A stretch of 64,000 nt of DNA from Felis catus (GCF_018350175.1 NC_058368.1:24306001-24370000); one strand, 5' to 3'. Shown: positions 52,267 to 63,494, counted from the stretch's first letter. Translations and numbers: made by a program. Notes: generated by a model not told the origin, from the sequence alone.

Positions 52267-55200
52267 AATGGTCTTATATTTTTATACGTAAGGCAATCCG
52301 TTTATTACGTTTGAGGAAGAAAATCAAATTCAGTTGTTTTTTTTGTCCTTTAAAAAAAGCGTTAGACTTTGATAAACCTACACAGTGATAAGTGCTCTGA
52401 AACTGAGCGATTCCATCTGTGCCACTTACCCAGTGAAAAACAACATTGCATGGGGGTGCCTGGGGGCACAGCCTCTCATAGTGAGATCAAGCCCTGTGTG
52501 CCGGGCTCCACCTGACAGGAGATGGCTTGGGATTCTCTCTCCCCACCCTGGCTCACATACTCATGCGCTCTCACTCTCTCGCTCTCTCTCTCCCCCTCTC
52601 CCTCTCCCTCTCCCCAAATAAAAAATAAACTTTCAAAAAAAAAAAAAAAGAAAAACAACACTGCTTAGAACCCAAAATTGTGTTGTATTAAAATTCTGCC
52701 ACATTTAAGGGCATTGTTCAGTGCTTTCTTGGTCCTGTTTAAAGAGAAAGAATGTGTCTCAGATTTAATAACCTCACAAAAGTAGGTACGAACTGTTTTA
52801 TATCACTACGAATTAATTTTAAGTGGAAAAAAGGAGTAGAAAGTCTGAACATAAACTTGCATTTGTGCCTTATTTAATGAAATGGAATGTTTTGCTTTCC
52901 ACTATGTTGGCGCCTATGGTTAATTAGCTCTCTTACTTGAACACATGAGAGATGTATCATGGAGAGGCCTGCCGTCCCAGCACATATGATAACTCACAGA
53001 GAATTGTTCACAAGTAGTTTTCATGGCAAGTCAGAGTTTATAAGCAAGTTGCAAATATGTGTTCCTGTTTGATTTTGCAAAATATAACTTGTTTTTAAAT
53101 TTCCTTTGTTTCTGAAGTCTGTGTCAGCATTTGCTCCAATTTGCAACCCAGTGCTCTGTCCTTGGGGCAAAAAAGCCTTCAGTGGATATTTGGGAACAGA
53201 TCAAAATAAATGGAAGGTAGGTACTGGGAAGGCTGTCTTAATGTTCATTTTTAAGTTTTCAAATTTGTGAAGAAGCTACATATCGCAGACATTATATTCC
53301 TAGCTCACTCACAGACGCAGAGCTAAAAATAATTAACAAAAGGAAATACATATAATAATAACAAAAAAAAGCCCTTTTCCTCATTGTATTGAATTGTGGC
53401 AGACATTCTGAGACTACGTGTTTTTTCTGCTAATGATTAATTTACATGTTTATTTCTTAAGTAACATTACCAAAAAATACCACATTTTATCCCTAAATTT
53501 AGATTTGCCTCTTAACCCTGTGCTCATTTGTACAACAGGAACCATGAGTCCCGGCCTTTTAATTGTTTCATGTGTCTGTTTCAAAATCCAGCATCTCTCA
53601 GATTGAGATAGTCAATTCCAGACTTAAAAGTCTTTAAAAATAGATATTGTGTAATGTACATCTATGTGAACATTCCCAATAGCAAGATTGCTTTTTGAAG
53701 CATGGGAGCAGATGCTTCAAAATGAAAATTAAAAATGGCTCTTTCTCTTGAGACTCATCTGACTTTTGTGCAGAAATAGACTATTTGCAAACTTCACCAA
53801 GAGTCTGAATATTTTGCAAATGTACTCATCATCATATGCATGTGAACAAGTAGGAAATACTTGAGTGGGGGGAAGAGAAAAACTTTTTTGTCTTACTGTT
53901 GTGTGTTCCAGGTCATTCACCCGTGCATCTCAATTTTATTTAAGATTGGTCGTTGAAATTTTAACAAAGCAGAGGTTTAATCCTGTGCTCACTAAATTAG
54001 AATCGTGTTTTGCTTAGGCTTAGATTTTTGTTACAGTAGAAGAATGCAGAACGTGATTACTGTTAGGCAGTTTGAGAGCTGACAGTGCACATACATCAGT
54101 GTTAGCAGTCCTTGCCACTGTGCAGAGTCTGTGTGGAGTTCTGAGACCTTAGGTCACAAAAGTGATCACCTTTCCCATCTACACGGGGCTTAGGGTCTCA
54201 TAGAAGCATTGAGCAAAAGACCAGCTGGTTGGGAGAAAGGAAGGGAGAGGTAAAGGCACAGGTAACCGATAAAGGAATCTATAATTTTTCTCCTGGACTA
54301 TCTATAATTTTTCTCCTTCTCCTAAGGACTATCAAATCACAGAATTTAGAACTAGTTGGACTTTATAGATCCCCTTCCACTCTCTCCTTTAAGATTAAAG
54401 AAAGCAAGTCTTAATAAAGCATGATACTTTAGAAGGGGAAATCTTGGGGGTTTTGTTTGTCTTGATTGGTGCATGGAAGTTGTGGCTAGTGAATATATAT
54501 GAATAATCAAGAATACTTAAAAGTGGATAATAAAATATAAAATTCTAACTAGTGGCAGCTCCTGAGATCATAAATTTGAGGAGTTGTTGATATGATTCAG
54601 ATTATTTAAATTAAATCTTCCTGAAAGCTCATGGGGATAGCAGATATTTGGTGCTATTCAACACCATAAAAGAGAAGGCTGAATGTACTAAAGCCAAAAA
54701 GAGAAGACAACAAAACAGACTGTTTATTTGAAACAAAGAATATCTGGAAATAGAAAAAGATACAAGGGAGTTAGAAGAAAGAGTCAATTTGTGGTGGGAT
54801 TCATAAAGGAAAAGATACGATGTGGGGTTTTTTGTTTTTGTTTTTTGTTTGTTTTTTTTTTTTTGGAGTTAAGAGATGATTAAAAACCTCAAAGGTTTAA
54901 AAGGGAAAAGGCTATATTCTATGAAAAATGCTGAGATTCAGAACTCTTGCCACTGGCTCAGGACCGCGTGGAAGTAGAAAAGAGGCTATAATTGGGACAT
55001 AGAATTCTGAAGATCTTGTGAATAAAAACCAGGCAAACCAATGTAAAAAGTGTTTTCTGATTTAAAAGGCCTTCGAGCTTAAAATGACTTTAAATTTCTA
55101 TTTGGTTCTACTGTGGTCTCTTCTGAAGAATATCTTTCTGGGTACTTTCAAATTTATTTTTCAGTGTTTTTCTTTTTCTAGGCTTATGATGCTACCCATC

Positions 55201-55792
55201 TTGTGAAGTCCTACCCAGGTTCTCAGCTGGACATACTAATCGATCAAGGAAAAGATGACCAGTTCCTTTCAGATGGACAGTTACTACCTGATAACTTCAT
55301 TGCTGCCTGTACAGAAAAGAAAGTCCCTGTTGTTTTTAGATTACAAGAGGTGAGTCCCAGGAAACCTCAACTTGTTCCAAGTAACTATAAAAAAGCAAAT
55401 CCAGGGGTTCCTGGGGGGCTCAGTAAGTTACGCATCCAACTCTTGATTTTGGCTTAGGTCATGATCTCATGGTTGTTCATGAGATTGGGTGTGGGGCCTG
55501 CTTAAGATTCTCTTCCTCTCATGGGGCGCCTGGGTGGCGCAGTCGGTTAAGCGTCCGACTTCAGCCAGGTCACGATCTCGCGGTCCGGGAGTTCGAGCCC
55601 CGCGTCAGGCTCTGGGCTGATGGCTCAGAGCCTGGAGCCTGTTTCCGATTCTGTGTCTCCCTCTCTCTCTGCCCCTCCCCCGTTCATGCTCTGTCTCTCT
55701 CTGTCCCAAAAATAAATAAACGTTGAAAAAAAAAAATTAAAAAAAAAAAAAAGATTCTCTTCCTCTCCCTCTGCCCCTCCCCCCACTCACAT

Positions 55793-55828
<36 letters not shown>

Positions 55829-58652
55829 AAAAAAACTTTTTAAAAAAGGCAAGATTCCATAATACTTTATATTTGGAATTTGGAAAACTACCTCTAGTAA
55901 GATATTTTTAAAATTATAAGATACTTAATGTGAAAGCCTTCTGATTAAATTAATGATATCTAAGACCAAATTCCATAGAAAAAAGAAAGCTTTGGCAGTG
56001 AAAAGTGCTTATAATTTTCTGTATGGCCATAGAACCAGTGAATAACAGAATTACTGGATATGTCTTTCTTTACACACATGTGGCTGTTTTCACAGGAAAT
56101 AACAAGAATAAGCTTAATTACTCTTCACTTCGTGTACACCTTAAGCTCAGAGGCTGTCAACCATTGGTCTCACACACATCCGCACTTTATACAGTTTGAG
56201 TTAGGTGCTAACCTAAACATTGTGCTGCTCGGCAAGTTTTCCTTGACTAAATGACTTTTGGTTATCCACTGCTTGCCTAACTCTATGCTAATACAGTTAT
56301 AATTAAAGGAATTCTGTTTTTATTTTTAAAAAATTACTTATTTATAAGCTTAGGAATATATAAACAAAATATTTCAGGATGAAAAGTGAACACTGTAAAT
56401 TACAAGGGATTGTGATTTTATTTTTTATTTTTTTAAATTTACGTCCAAGTTAGTTAGCATAGAGTGCAACAGTGATTTCAGGAGTAGATTCCTTAGTACC
56501 CCTCACCCATTTAGCCCATCCCCCTCCCACAACCCCTCCAGTAACCTTCTGTTTGTTCTCCATATTTGTGAGTCTGTTCTGTTTTGTCCCCCTCCCTGTT
56601 TTTATATTATTTTTGTTTCCCTTCCCTTATGTTCATCTGATTTGTCTCTTAAAGTCCTCCTGTGAGTGAAGTCATATGATTTTTGTCTTTCTCTGATTGA
56701 CTAATATCACTTAGCATAATACCTTCCAGTTCTAGCCACGTAGTTGCAAATGGCAAGATGTCATTCGTTTTGATTGCCGAGTAATACTCCATTGTATATC
56801 TTCTTTACCCATTCATCCCTCGATGGACGTTTGGGCTCTTTCCATACTTTGGCTATTGTGGATAGTGCTGCTATAAACATGGGGGTACATGTATCCCTTC
56901 GAAACAGCACACCTGTATCCCGTGGAGAAATGCCTAGTAGTGCAATTGCTGGGTCGTAGGGTAATTCTATTTTTAGTTTTTTGAGGAACCTCCATACTGT
57001 TTTCCAGAGTGGCTGCACCAGCTTGCATTCCCAGTGATTGTGATTTTTTTTTTAAGTTTTATTTTTCTTGAGAGAGAGAGTGCGTACGTGCATGGGGGAG
57101 GGGCAGAAAGAGAGAGAGAATCTTAAGCAGGCCCCACACTCAGTGCAGAGCCCAATGTGGGGCTCAATCTTATGACCCTGAGATCATGGCCTGAGCCAAA
57201 ATCAAGAGTCAGATCTCAACCAACTGAACCACCCAGGTGCCCTGAAATGATTGTGATTTTAAAAACATTTTTATTCATGTTCAGGGGTACTATGTCAGAC
57301 ACATTGATCTAAAACGTGTAATTACGATGATAAATGTCCAGATACATGTAGATCAATGTATAATGTGGCACATTGCAGTTTACCAAATGTTTCCACAGCA
57401 TTAGGTCATTTTATTTTTATGTGACCACATGAGAGACCATTCTTGTCCTCTCCCATCTGTTTTTTTGTTTGTTTGCTCTTTCATTTTTTTCAACTTTTTT
57501 GTTGTGGCAGAATACCATACATAAAATTTGCCATCTTAAGTATTTTCAAATGTACATGTCTTTGCTAATAAATATATTTATAATGTTGCTCAGCCATCAC
57601 CACTATCCGTCTTCATAACCCTTTTATCTTGTAAAATTGAAACTTTATGCCCATTAAACACCACGTCTTCGTTCCTCCCTGCACCCAACCCTTGGCAACC
57701 ATAATTCCCCTTTCTCTGTAAATCTGACTACTCAGTACCTCCTCTAAGTGGAATCTTACAGCCATTTTCATTATTTCCTTCCTAGACTGTTCACTGCTAC
57801 TATAGAGAAATGCAGCTGATTTTTGTGTGTTGCTTTTGTATCCTGCTACTTTGGAGGCTTTAGGGTTTTGTATAGAGAAGAGCATATCATCTATGAACAG
57901 AGATAATTTTGCCTCTTTCTTTCCAATCTGTATGCCTTTTTTTTTTTTTTTTTCAACGTTTATTTATTTTTGGGACAGAGAGAGACAGAGCATGAACGGG
58001 GGAGGGGCAGAGAGAGAGGGAGACACAGAATCGGAAACAGGCTCCAGGCTCCGAGCCATCAGCCCAGAGCCTGACGCGGGGCTCGAACTCACGGACCGCG
58101 AGATCGTGACCTGGCTGAAGTCGGACGCTTAACCGACTGCGCCACCCAGGCGCCCCTCTGTATGCCTTTTATATCTGTTTCTTGCCTAATTGCTCTAGCT
58201 AGGACTTCAGTACTATGTTGAATAGAAGTGGCAGAGATAGGTACCTTGTCTTGTTCCTGATCTTAGAGGAAAAGCTTTCAGTATTTCCCCATTTAGTGTG
58301 ATGTTTGCTGTGGGTTTTCTAATATGGCTCCTGTCCATCTACTTTACGGGCTCAGAAAAGTAACCTGCGTATCTAGTCTCACAGCTAGTTCACAGTAGAA
58401 CCAGGATTGGAAGCAAGGTCACTTGAAATGAAAATACTTGACCTCCTGTCATCCGTCTAACCAGTCCCAAGCACGGTAAAGCAGTGCTTCTGAGGAACAG
58501 AGGGATGAAATTAGTTAATACGAGGAGAACTTGTGCACAGCCTCCTCTCCGTCTAACTTATGCAACAGATCTGAACAATCTTCCTGTTTTTTTTAATTTC
58601 CCTAATATTTTGAACGTGTGAACAATTTATATAAATATACTGTGTAACATAT

Positions 58653-58693
<41 letters not shown>

Positions 58694-59644
58694 GAGGAAG
58701 AATATGTCAAAAACCAATATATTGGATATACCTTTTTCTCTCTGAGTGTCCCTCTTTAAGTAATAGGGTTTACTTAGATTAGTTAAAATACTTAAACATT
58801 TAATCACTTAAATTGCCTGTTTTAGATCAATAACCAACTTTGAGAAATCCAGATACTGATTTGATTGTAAAGTAATGCGTTTAACTGTATTAACCATAGC
58901 TATAAGTAACGTAACAAACCGTGTCTTTCCAAATGATTTCTTGGCACTCGCAATGTTGGATGCCTCTTCTTGCCCCTGCGAGGCTGTGCCAGGGAATTGT
59001 GTTGTTACCACAACGTTTCAGCCTGCCAACAGAGACTGAAAAATCTCTATAGAGCGTGTTATAAAAACAGCATAGAAGTAAAACACTGATGAAATTCTTA
59101 GAGGGGGAAAAAAATAAAGAAACTTTTTATTTCTGAAATGCTCATAGCCTAAACAAGTAAAAAACATAGATGGGTGTATTTAATGAGGAGTCAAGACAAA
59201 ACATTCAATTCTGAAAACAAAAGAAAGCAAGAAAGTATTGAAATAACCAGTCACAGTCTTTAGCTCGGGCACAGTTTTTCATTCAATTTCCTTATGGCAA
59301 GGGCCACAGTCTGAAGGTTTTGTTTAGGCTTGTTATAATTGAATGAGCGACTGAGTAGACATAGCTTCGGCGAAGTTGCTTTCAGGTTTTCAGGCTGGCT
59401 TCCCCTGACTTCAGATGACCTCAGGTCTGAGACTTTTTACCTGCTTTATCATTTGCTTATAAGTGCAATATAACTGTATTTCTTTATGAAATGGGAGTGG
59501 TGAAGAATTAAGTAAGCTGAAAAAAATGGGGTCTATATAGAAGTATGTGAACTGAGGAGAAAGGCAGAAAATTATTACAGTCATGTACATGCTTTACCCA
59601 ACTTCATTTATTTATTTCTTTTTGGTGTTAAATCTCAGGGTCTT

Positions 59645-59679
<35 letters not shown>

Positions 59680-62600
59680 TTTTTTAACGTTTATTTATTT
59701 TTGAGACAGAGAAAGACAGAGCGTGAATAGGGGAGGGGCAGAGATAGAGGGAGGCACAGAATCCGAAACAGGCTCCAGGCTCTGAGCTGTCAGCACAGAG
59801 CCCGACGCGGGGCTCGAACTCACGGACCACGAGATCATGACCTGAGCTGAAGTCGGACGCTTAACCTACTGAGCCACCCAGGCACCTCTCTCAGGGTCTT
59901 TTTGTACATAGTCTCTACTGTCAGAAAAAAGTTGAGAGCTAAGTGTGGTGCATAGAGGCATTTGTATGATTGTCACCTCATAGAATTTCTCCTTTTCTGT
60001 TTTTGGCTTCAGTGAATCTAAATTGAAAAAGTACTAGATAGCAGAGTCCTGATAGTATACAAAGATCAGATTTTACTCTGAAGCCTCATTTGTCTAATTT
60101 TCAGTTTTAAAGTTACACTGTGAGGGAAAAATTTCAGTGACCTAATGGAAACTTCCAGAAACAACATCGAAGCAAGGCTGTATACTACCTCTTCAAGTCC
60201 CAGGCCCTTTCTGAAGAGTCATTGGTGGTTTTGGCCTCTGCACTGCCTGTCAGAGAACAGTAAGAACATGGCACAGAATTCCAGAAGTGCAGGGATCTCT
60301 CAGGCGTCCCTGTATCCTCATACTCAGCACGATTACCCAGCACAGACTCTCAGGAATTGTTTATTAAGTAAACAAGTGAACACCTTTTCCACAGTCTTCT
60401 TTGTATTCTGAAGAGACTTAATAACCCAGGAATTCATATGTGCGCCTTTCTAATTGGATCTGGAAAATATGTAGGAAAGCACTGCCCTTTAGTACAAATG
60501 TTCATCATAGCTGCTGGAGCATTGCTGCTTTTTTGAGAGCCGAGTGAAGAATGAAAGAAATGTGTTCATTTATTTTTATACTCTGAGAGAGTCTTGCTAC
60601 TGATGATTTTTCCATGTAGAGTGGGAGGTAGAAGAGGAAACCTAGGCTCTTCCAAGTGTCGCCGGATATATACAATTGTGCAAGCTGCCTAACAAACCAA
60701 ACCGATTCCGAGAATTTGATGAAAGGACCCACCCCCATTTGATCCCCACCCCCATTTGATCATATTGATAAATAGATCATGACTGGTCAGGAATGACACA
60801 ATTGGCTGAGGTTATATAAGGATCTTCTGTGTACCAGAATGCCAGTGGATCAAATGTGTTCTCCTGCCTTTAACTCTTTCTTGGTGTGTCACAGTAGGCA
60901 TTTTCTGTTTTCTCATAAAGGTGGATCTTCCGTGAAAATATCATTATTGGGGCGCCTGGGTGGCGCAGTCGGTTAAGCGTCCGACTTCAGCCAGGTCACG
61001 ATCTCGCGGTCTGCGAGTTCGAGCCCCGCGTCGGGCTCTGGGCTGATGGCTCAGAGCCTGGAGCCTGTTTCTGATTCTGCGTCTCCCTCTCTCTCTGCCC
61101 CTCCCCTGTTCATGCTCTGTCTCTCTCTGTCCCAAAAATAAATAAACGTTGAAAAAAATATTTTAAAAAAGAAAATATCATTATGGAAGTCAAGGGCATC
61201 GGTTTGGTATTTAAGATAAAACGTACTGTGTTTTTGCAGTACACCCCTGAGAGCTCAAAACTGTAACTTTGTTTTACCCTGGGACTTCTCTAATATAGTC
61301 ATAATAATAATATAATAAATAATAATAGCAGTGGTAACAGTGACTACCCACTATGTGCCTGAAACTGCAAGGCATTAAACATCTGTGAAACTGCATAAAA
61401 ATACAGCATACGCAGTCACCGTAGGGACTTTGCTCCTCAAGTGCTTGGGGCATCCATTCCCTTGCATTGGTCCCTATTGTCCATCAGATACATCATTTCA
61501 TCTGTTAGAAACCAGCAGCTACTACTTGGGACTGTATTCCCTAGGGTTTGTGGATTGCAAATCATGGGCCTAGTTAACCTGGTAACAATTCAAGAATTCC
61601 ATGAATGGAAAATGCTTTTCTTCACGTTTCTTTCTCTACATAAGAAATTCTTATGCTTTCTCTACATAAGAAATTCTTTAGCTCCAAATTGAATTAACTG
61701 GGCCTCGTCTTATCGTTGAGAAATGTGAAGCCAAATAATTCCAAAGGTCAGTCTTAATTTTGACAACGTTCCTGTCAGACTCACTTCTATGGTTCGGCCA
61801 CAGTAAATAGAAGACAGTGCTTTTGAGTTGCTTTGATGACTTTATACTAGAACTCTTTATTAACTGCCATTCTGAGATACGTACCCCGAATACTGGAAGT
61901 AAGAGATGGAGAACGTTGACCGATCGCTAAAACCTTAGGGATTTGCCTTGTTCCTTGAAACCCAGGTGATATTTTTATTAGGGCTCTTTTTGGTTCTTAA
62001 GTGCTTAGGAAAATTCCCATTTTCTCCCATCAGAGACCATTCACACGATTAAGGTAAAAACTTAAAAATCTTAAGATTTTTATGTCCTTTCGGTGTATTC
62101 ACCTTGCGTGTTCATTGTGTTTTGGAAGGGAGACTGCCCCCAGATTACCTGCTGTTTAACCCCCTTAGGTTCTTCCCAGCTTAATTTTGTTTCTTTTTCC
62201 TTTAGAAAGCCTCTTGTTGTATTCAAGATGCCCCTGGGGGCATTGCCTCTCCATTGACCTGTATCAGTGGGGGTATTTTTAAGTTTTTTTGTTTATTTTT
62301 GTGAGAGAGAGAGCAGGGCAGGGGCAGAGAGAGGGGGTGGGACAGAGGACCTGAAGCAGGCTACGCACGAACAGCAAAGAGCCCTAGTTGGGGCTCGAAT
62401 TTATGAACCATGAGATCATGACCTGAGCCGAAGTCGGATGCCTAGCGAACTAAGCCACCCAGGTGCCCCTTTGTCAGTGGATTTAATCGACCAGATAGTT
62501 TGAGATCCGTTTCAACTCAACTGCTTGGCAAAAAATTACATTTTCTTTCTGTTTCATGATTGTTTTCTAAACAGTTTACTGACTTTTTTTCCCCAGTGTG

Positions 62601-63494
62601 GTTTATTGCTAAGGGATGTCTGTTTTAATGAATTTTTCCTTTTTCCTCAAATGATGATGTGATAGACTTTTATTGAGTAGAAAGAGAATTTGTAACAAAA
62701 CTTTATGATGGCTGTGTTTAACTTCCCAGACAACATTTGACCATTGGATGTTTTTTGTTCTTTCTCTATATTGTTTATGTGTGCTTATTTTGCGTTTTAG
62801 TACTTTCTGTCTTATCGATGTTAATGTGTTTCTTCTGTGAGTCAAAACTTCTTGCCTATGTTTCTGACTTCTTTAAATTCTGATTCATTTAGCCCTTGTT
62901 GATAGGACCACTTGTATATCCTGTACATTTAATTAATGTGTCATTTCCTCTCTTTGCATAGTAATGGCAGCATCTAGAAACTAAGCTACACAGAATGTTT
63001 ATTTTTCTTCATATTTTTGCTGTTCTTATAATGTTCAGAGAAAATGTTGAAGTACAAGTATAAGCTTGACTTTATTTGTTCGTTTATGTATTTATTTTTG
63101 AGTGAGTAAGAGAATGAGCTGGGGAGAGGGACAGAAGGAAAGAGAATCGTAAGCAGACTCCATGCCAGTGGGGAGCCCCAACACAGGGCTCAGTCTCACA
63201 ACCATGAGATCATGACCTGAGCCAAAATCAGGAGTCGGACGCTTAACTGACTGAGGCCTGCAGGCACCCCTAAGCTTGATTTTGATTATAAGCCTTCCTT
63301 ATACTGTAATTTTTTCACTGTTTACAGATAATTAAATGACATGAGAGATATGTTTAATGTCTTTGATGTTTCTGAATGGAAAGTATCTTATGTTCCTCTC
63401 TTTTGTCTTCTAGGGTTATGATCATAGCTACTACTTCATTGCAACCTTTATTACTGATCACATCAGACATCATGCAAAATACCTGAATGCATAA
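43528..63494 (+). CDS. ESD: Esterase D / S-formylglutathione hydrolase, spliced CDS join(43528..43595,44170..44258,47782..47880,50118..50242,51289..51408,53118..53216,55182..55349,63414..63494), 282 aa
   Basis: Exon lengths 68+89+99+125+120+99+168+81=849 nt with consistent phases and GT..AG introns. Translation [22 protein letters not shown]...GHSMGG...[26 protein letters not shown] matches mammalian ESD as I recall it. Catalytic Ser149 (51352-54), Asp226 (55257-59) and His260 (63423-25) are intact. Confidence 0.98.
44170..44258 (+). CDS. ESD: ESD coding exon 2
   Basis: ttacag|T GTT GAA...TCT G|gtaagt; [29 protein letters not shown]. Confidence 0.97.
44511..44790 (+). mobile_element. Can-SINE with long (CT)n
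   Basis: Consensus head; (CT)n 44696-44749. Confidence 0.9.
45521..45762 (+). mobile_element. Can-SINE
   Basis: TSD agaaaatag(g/a)taact. Confidence 0.92.
47782..47880 (+). CDS. ESD: ESD coding exon 3
   Basis: ctgcag|GT TTA ACT TGC...CCT C|gtaagt; [32 protein letters not shown]. Confidence 0.97.
48410..48833. mobile_element. Minus-strand Can-SINE (48410-48614) abutting a + strand L1 3' end (48620-48833)
   Basis: 'gagactcttaaatacagagaacaaactgaggg...gatgagcactgggtgttgtatgtaagc'. Confidence 0.88.
48960..49090 (+). mobile_element. Short Can-SINE within an old L1 fragment
   Basis: taattcag duplication; head without CT tract. Confidence 0.82.
49617..49815 (+). mobile_element. Can-SINE
   Basis: agaatacat duplication. 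Confidence 0.9.
50118..50242 (+). CDS. ESD: ESD coding exon 4
   Basis: tgatag|GT GGC TGC...GAG GAG|gtaatt; [41 protein letters not shown] (within ORF 50090..50287). Confidence 0.97.
51289..51408 (+). CDS. ESD: ESD coding exon 5 with the GHSMGG nucleophile elbow
   Basis: ctctag|CTT CCC AAA...TAC AAA|gtaaga; [40 protein letters not shown]. Confidence 0.97.
52227..52267. repeat. (TAAA)n tetranucleotide microsatellite
   Basis: Direct reading, ~10 units. Confidence 0.95.
52452..52650 (+). mobile_element. Diverged Can-SINE
   Basis: gaaaaacaaca(t/c)tgc duplication. Confidence 0.85.
53118..53216 (+). CDS. ESD: ESD coding exon 6
   Basis: tctgaag|TCT GTG TCA...TGG AAG|gtaggt; [33 protein letters not shown]. 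Confidence 0.96.
55182..55349 (+). CDS. ESD: ESD coding exon 7 (catalytic Asp)
   Basis: ttctag|GCT TAT GAT...CAA GAG|gtgagt; [56 protein letters not shown]. Confidence 0.97.
55404..55836 (+). mobile_element. Older Can-SINE split by a young felid SINE (55523-55750)
   Basis: 17-bp TSD aagattctcttcctctc at 55504-55520 and 55751-55767. Confidence 0.95.
56420..57035 (-). mobile_element. 5'-truncated felid L1 3' end
   Basis: ORF 56761..57018 (-) [29 protein letters not shown] is the L1 ORF2 C-terminus; TSD gattgtgatttt. Confidence 0.95.
57048..57243 (-). mobile_element. Can-SINE
   Basis: TSD tgattgtgatttt. Confidence 0.9.
57941..58156 (-). mobile_element. Young felid Can-SINE inside an old minus-strand L1 fragment (~57490-58330)
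   Basis: TSD tctgtatgcctttt at 57927-57940 and 58157-58170. Confidence 0.95.
58652..58693. repeat. (TA)n(CA)n microsatellite
   Basis: Direct reading. Confidence 0.93.
59647..59888 (-). mobile_element. Can-SINE with (TTTA)n tail
   Basis: TSD tctcagggtctttt at 59633-59646 and 59889-59902. Confidence 0.95.
60949..61170 (+). mobile_element. Young felid Can-SINE
   Basis: TSD gaaaatatcattat at 60934-60947 and 61171-61184. Confidence 0.95.
62277..62469 (-). mobile_element. Can-SINE
   Basis: Reverse-complement consensus; tcagtgg on both flanks. Confidence 0.85.
63070..63270 (-). mobile_element. Can-SINE ~140 bp upstream of the last ESD exon
   Basis: TSD taagcttga at 63061 and 63271. Confidence 0.9.
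63414..63494 (+). CDS. ESD: ESD last coding exon (catalytic His, stop TAA)
   Basis: ttctag|GGT TAT GAT CAT...[35 protein letters not shown]. Confidence 0.97.
   Translation, partial: GYDHSYYFIATFITDHIRHHAKYLNA

Noticed and set aside
53115..53117. AAG acceptor as a possible splice defect
   Set aside because: AAG is uncommon but canonical, the polypyrimidine tract is good, and the frame matches the expected protein.
10368..61135. Recurring ORFs such as '[16 protein letters not shown]' and '[25 protein letters not shown]'
   Set aside because: These are translations of dispersed Can-SINE copies, not a gene family.
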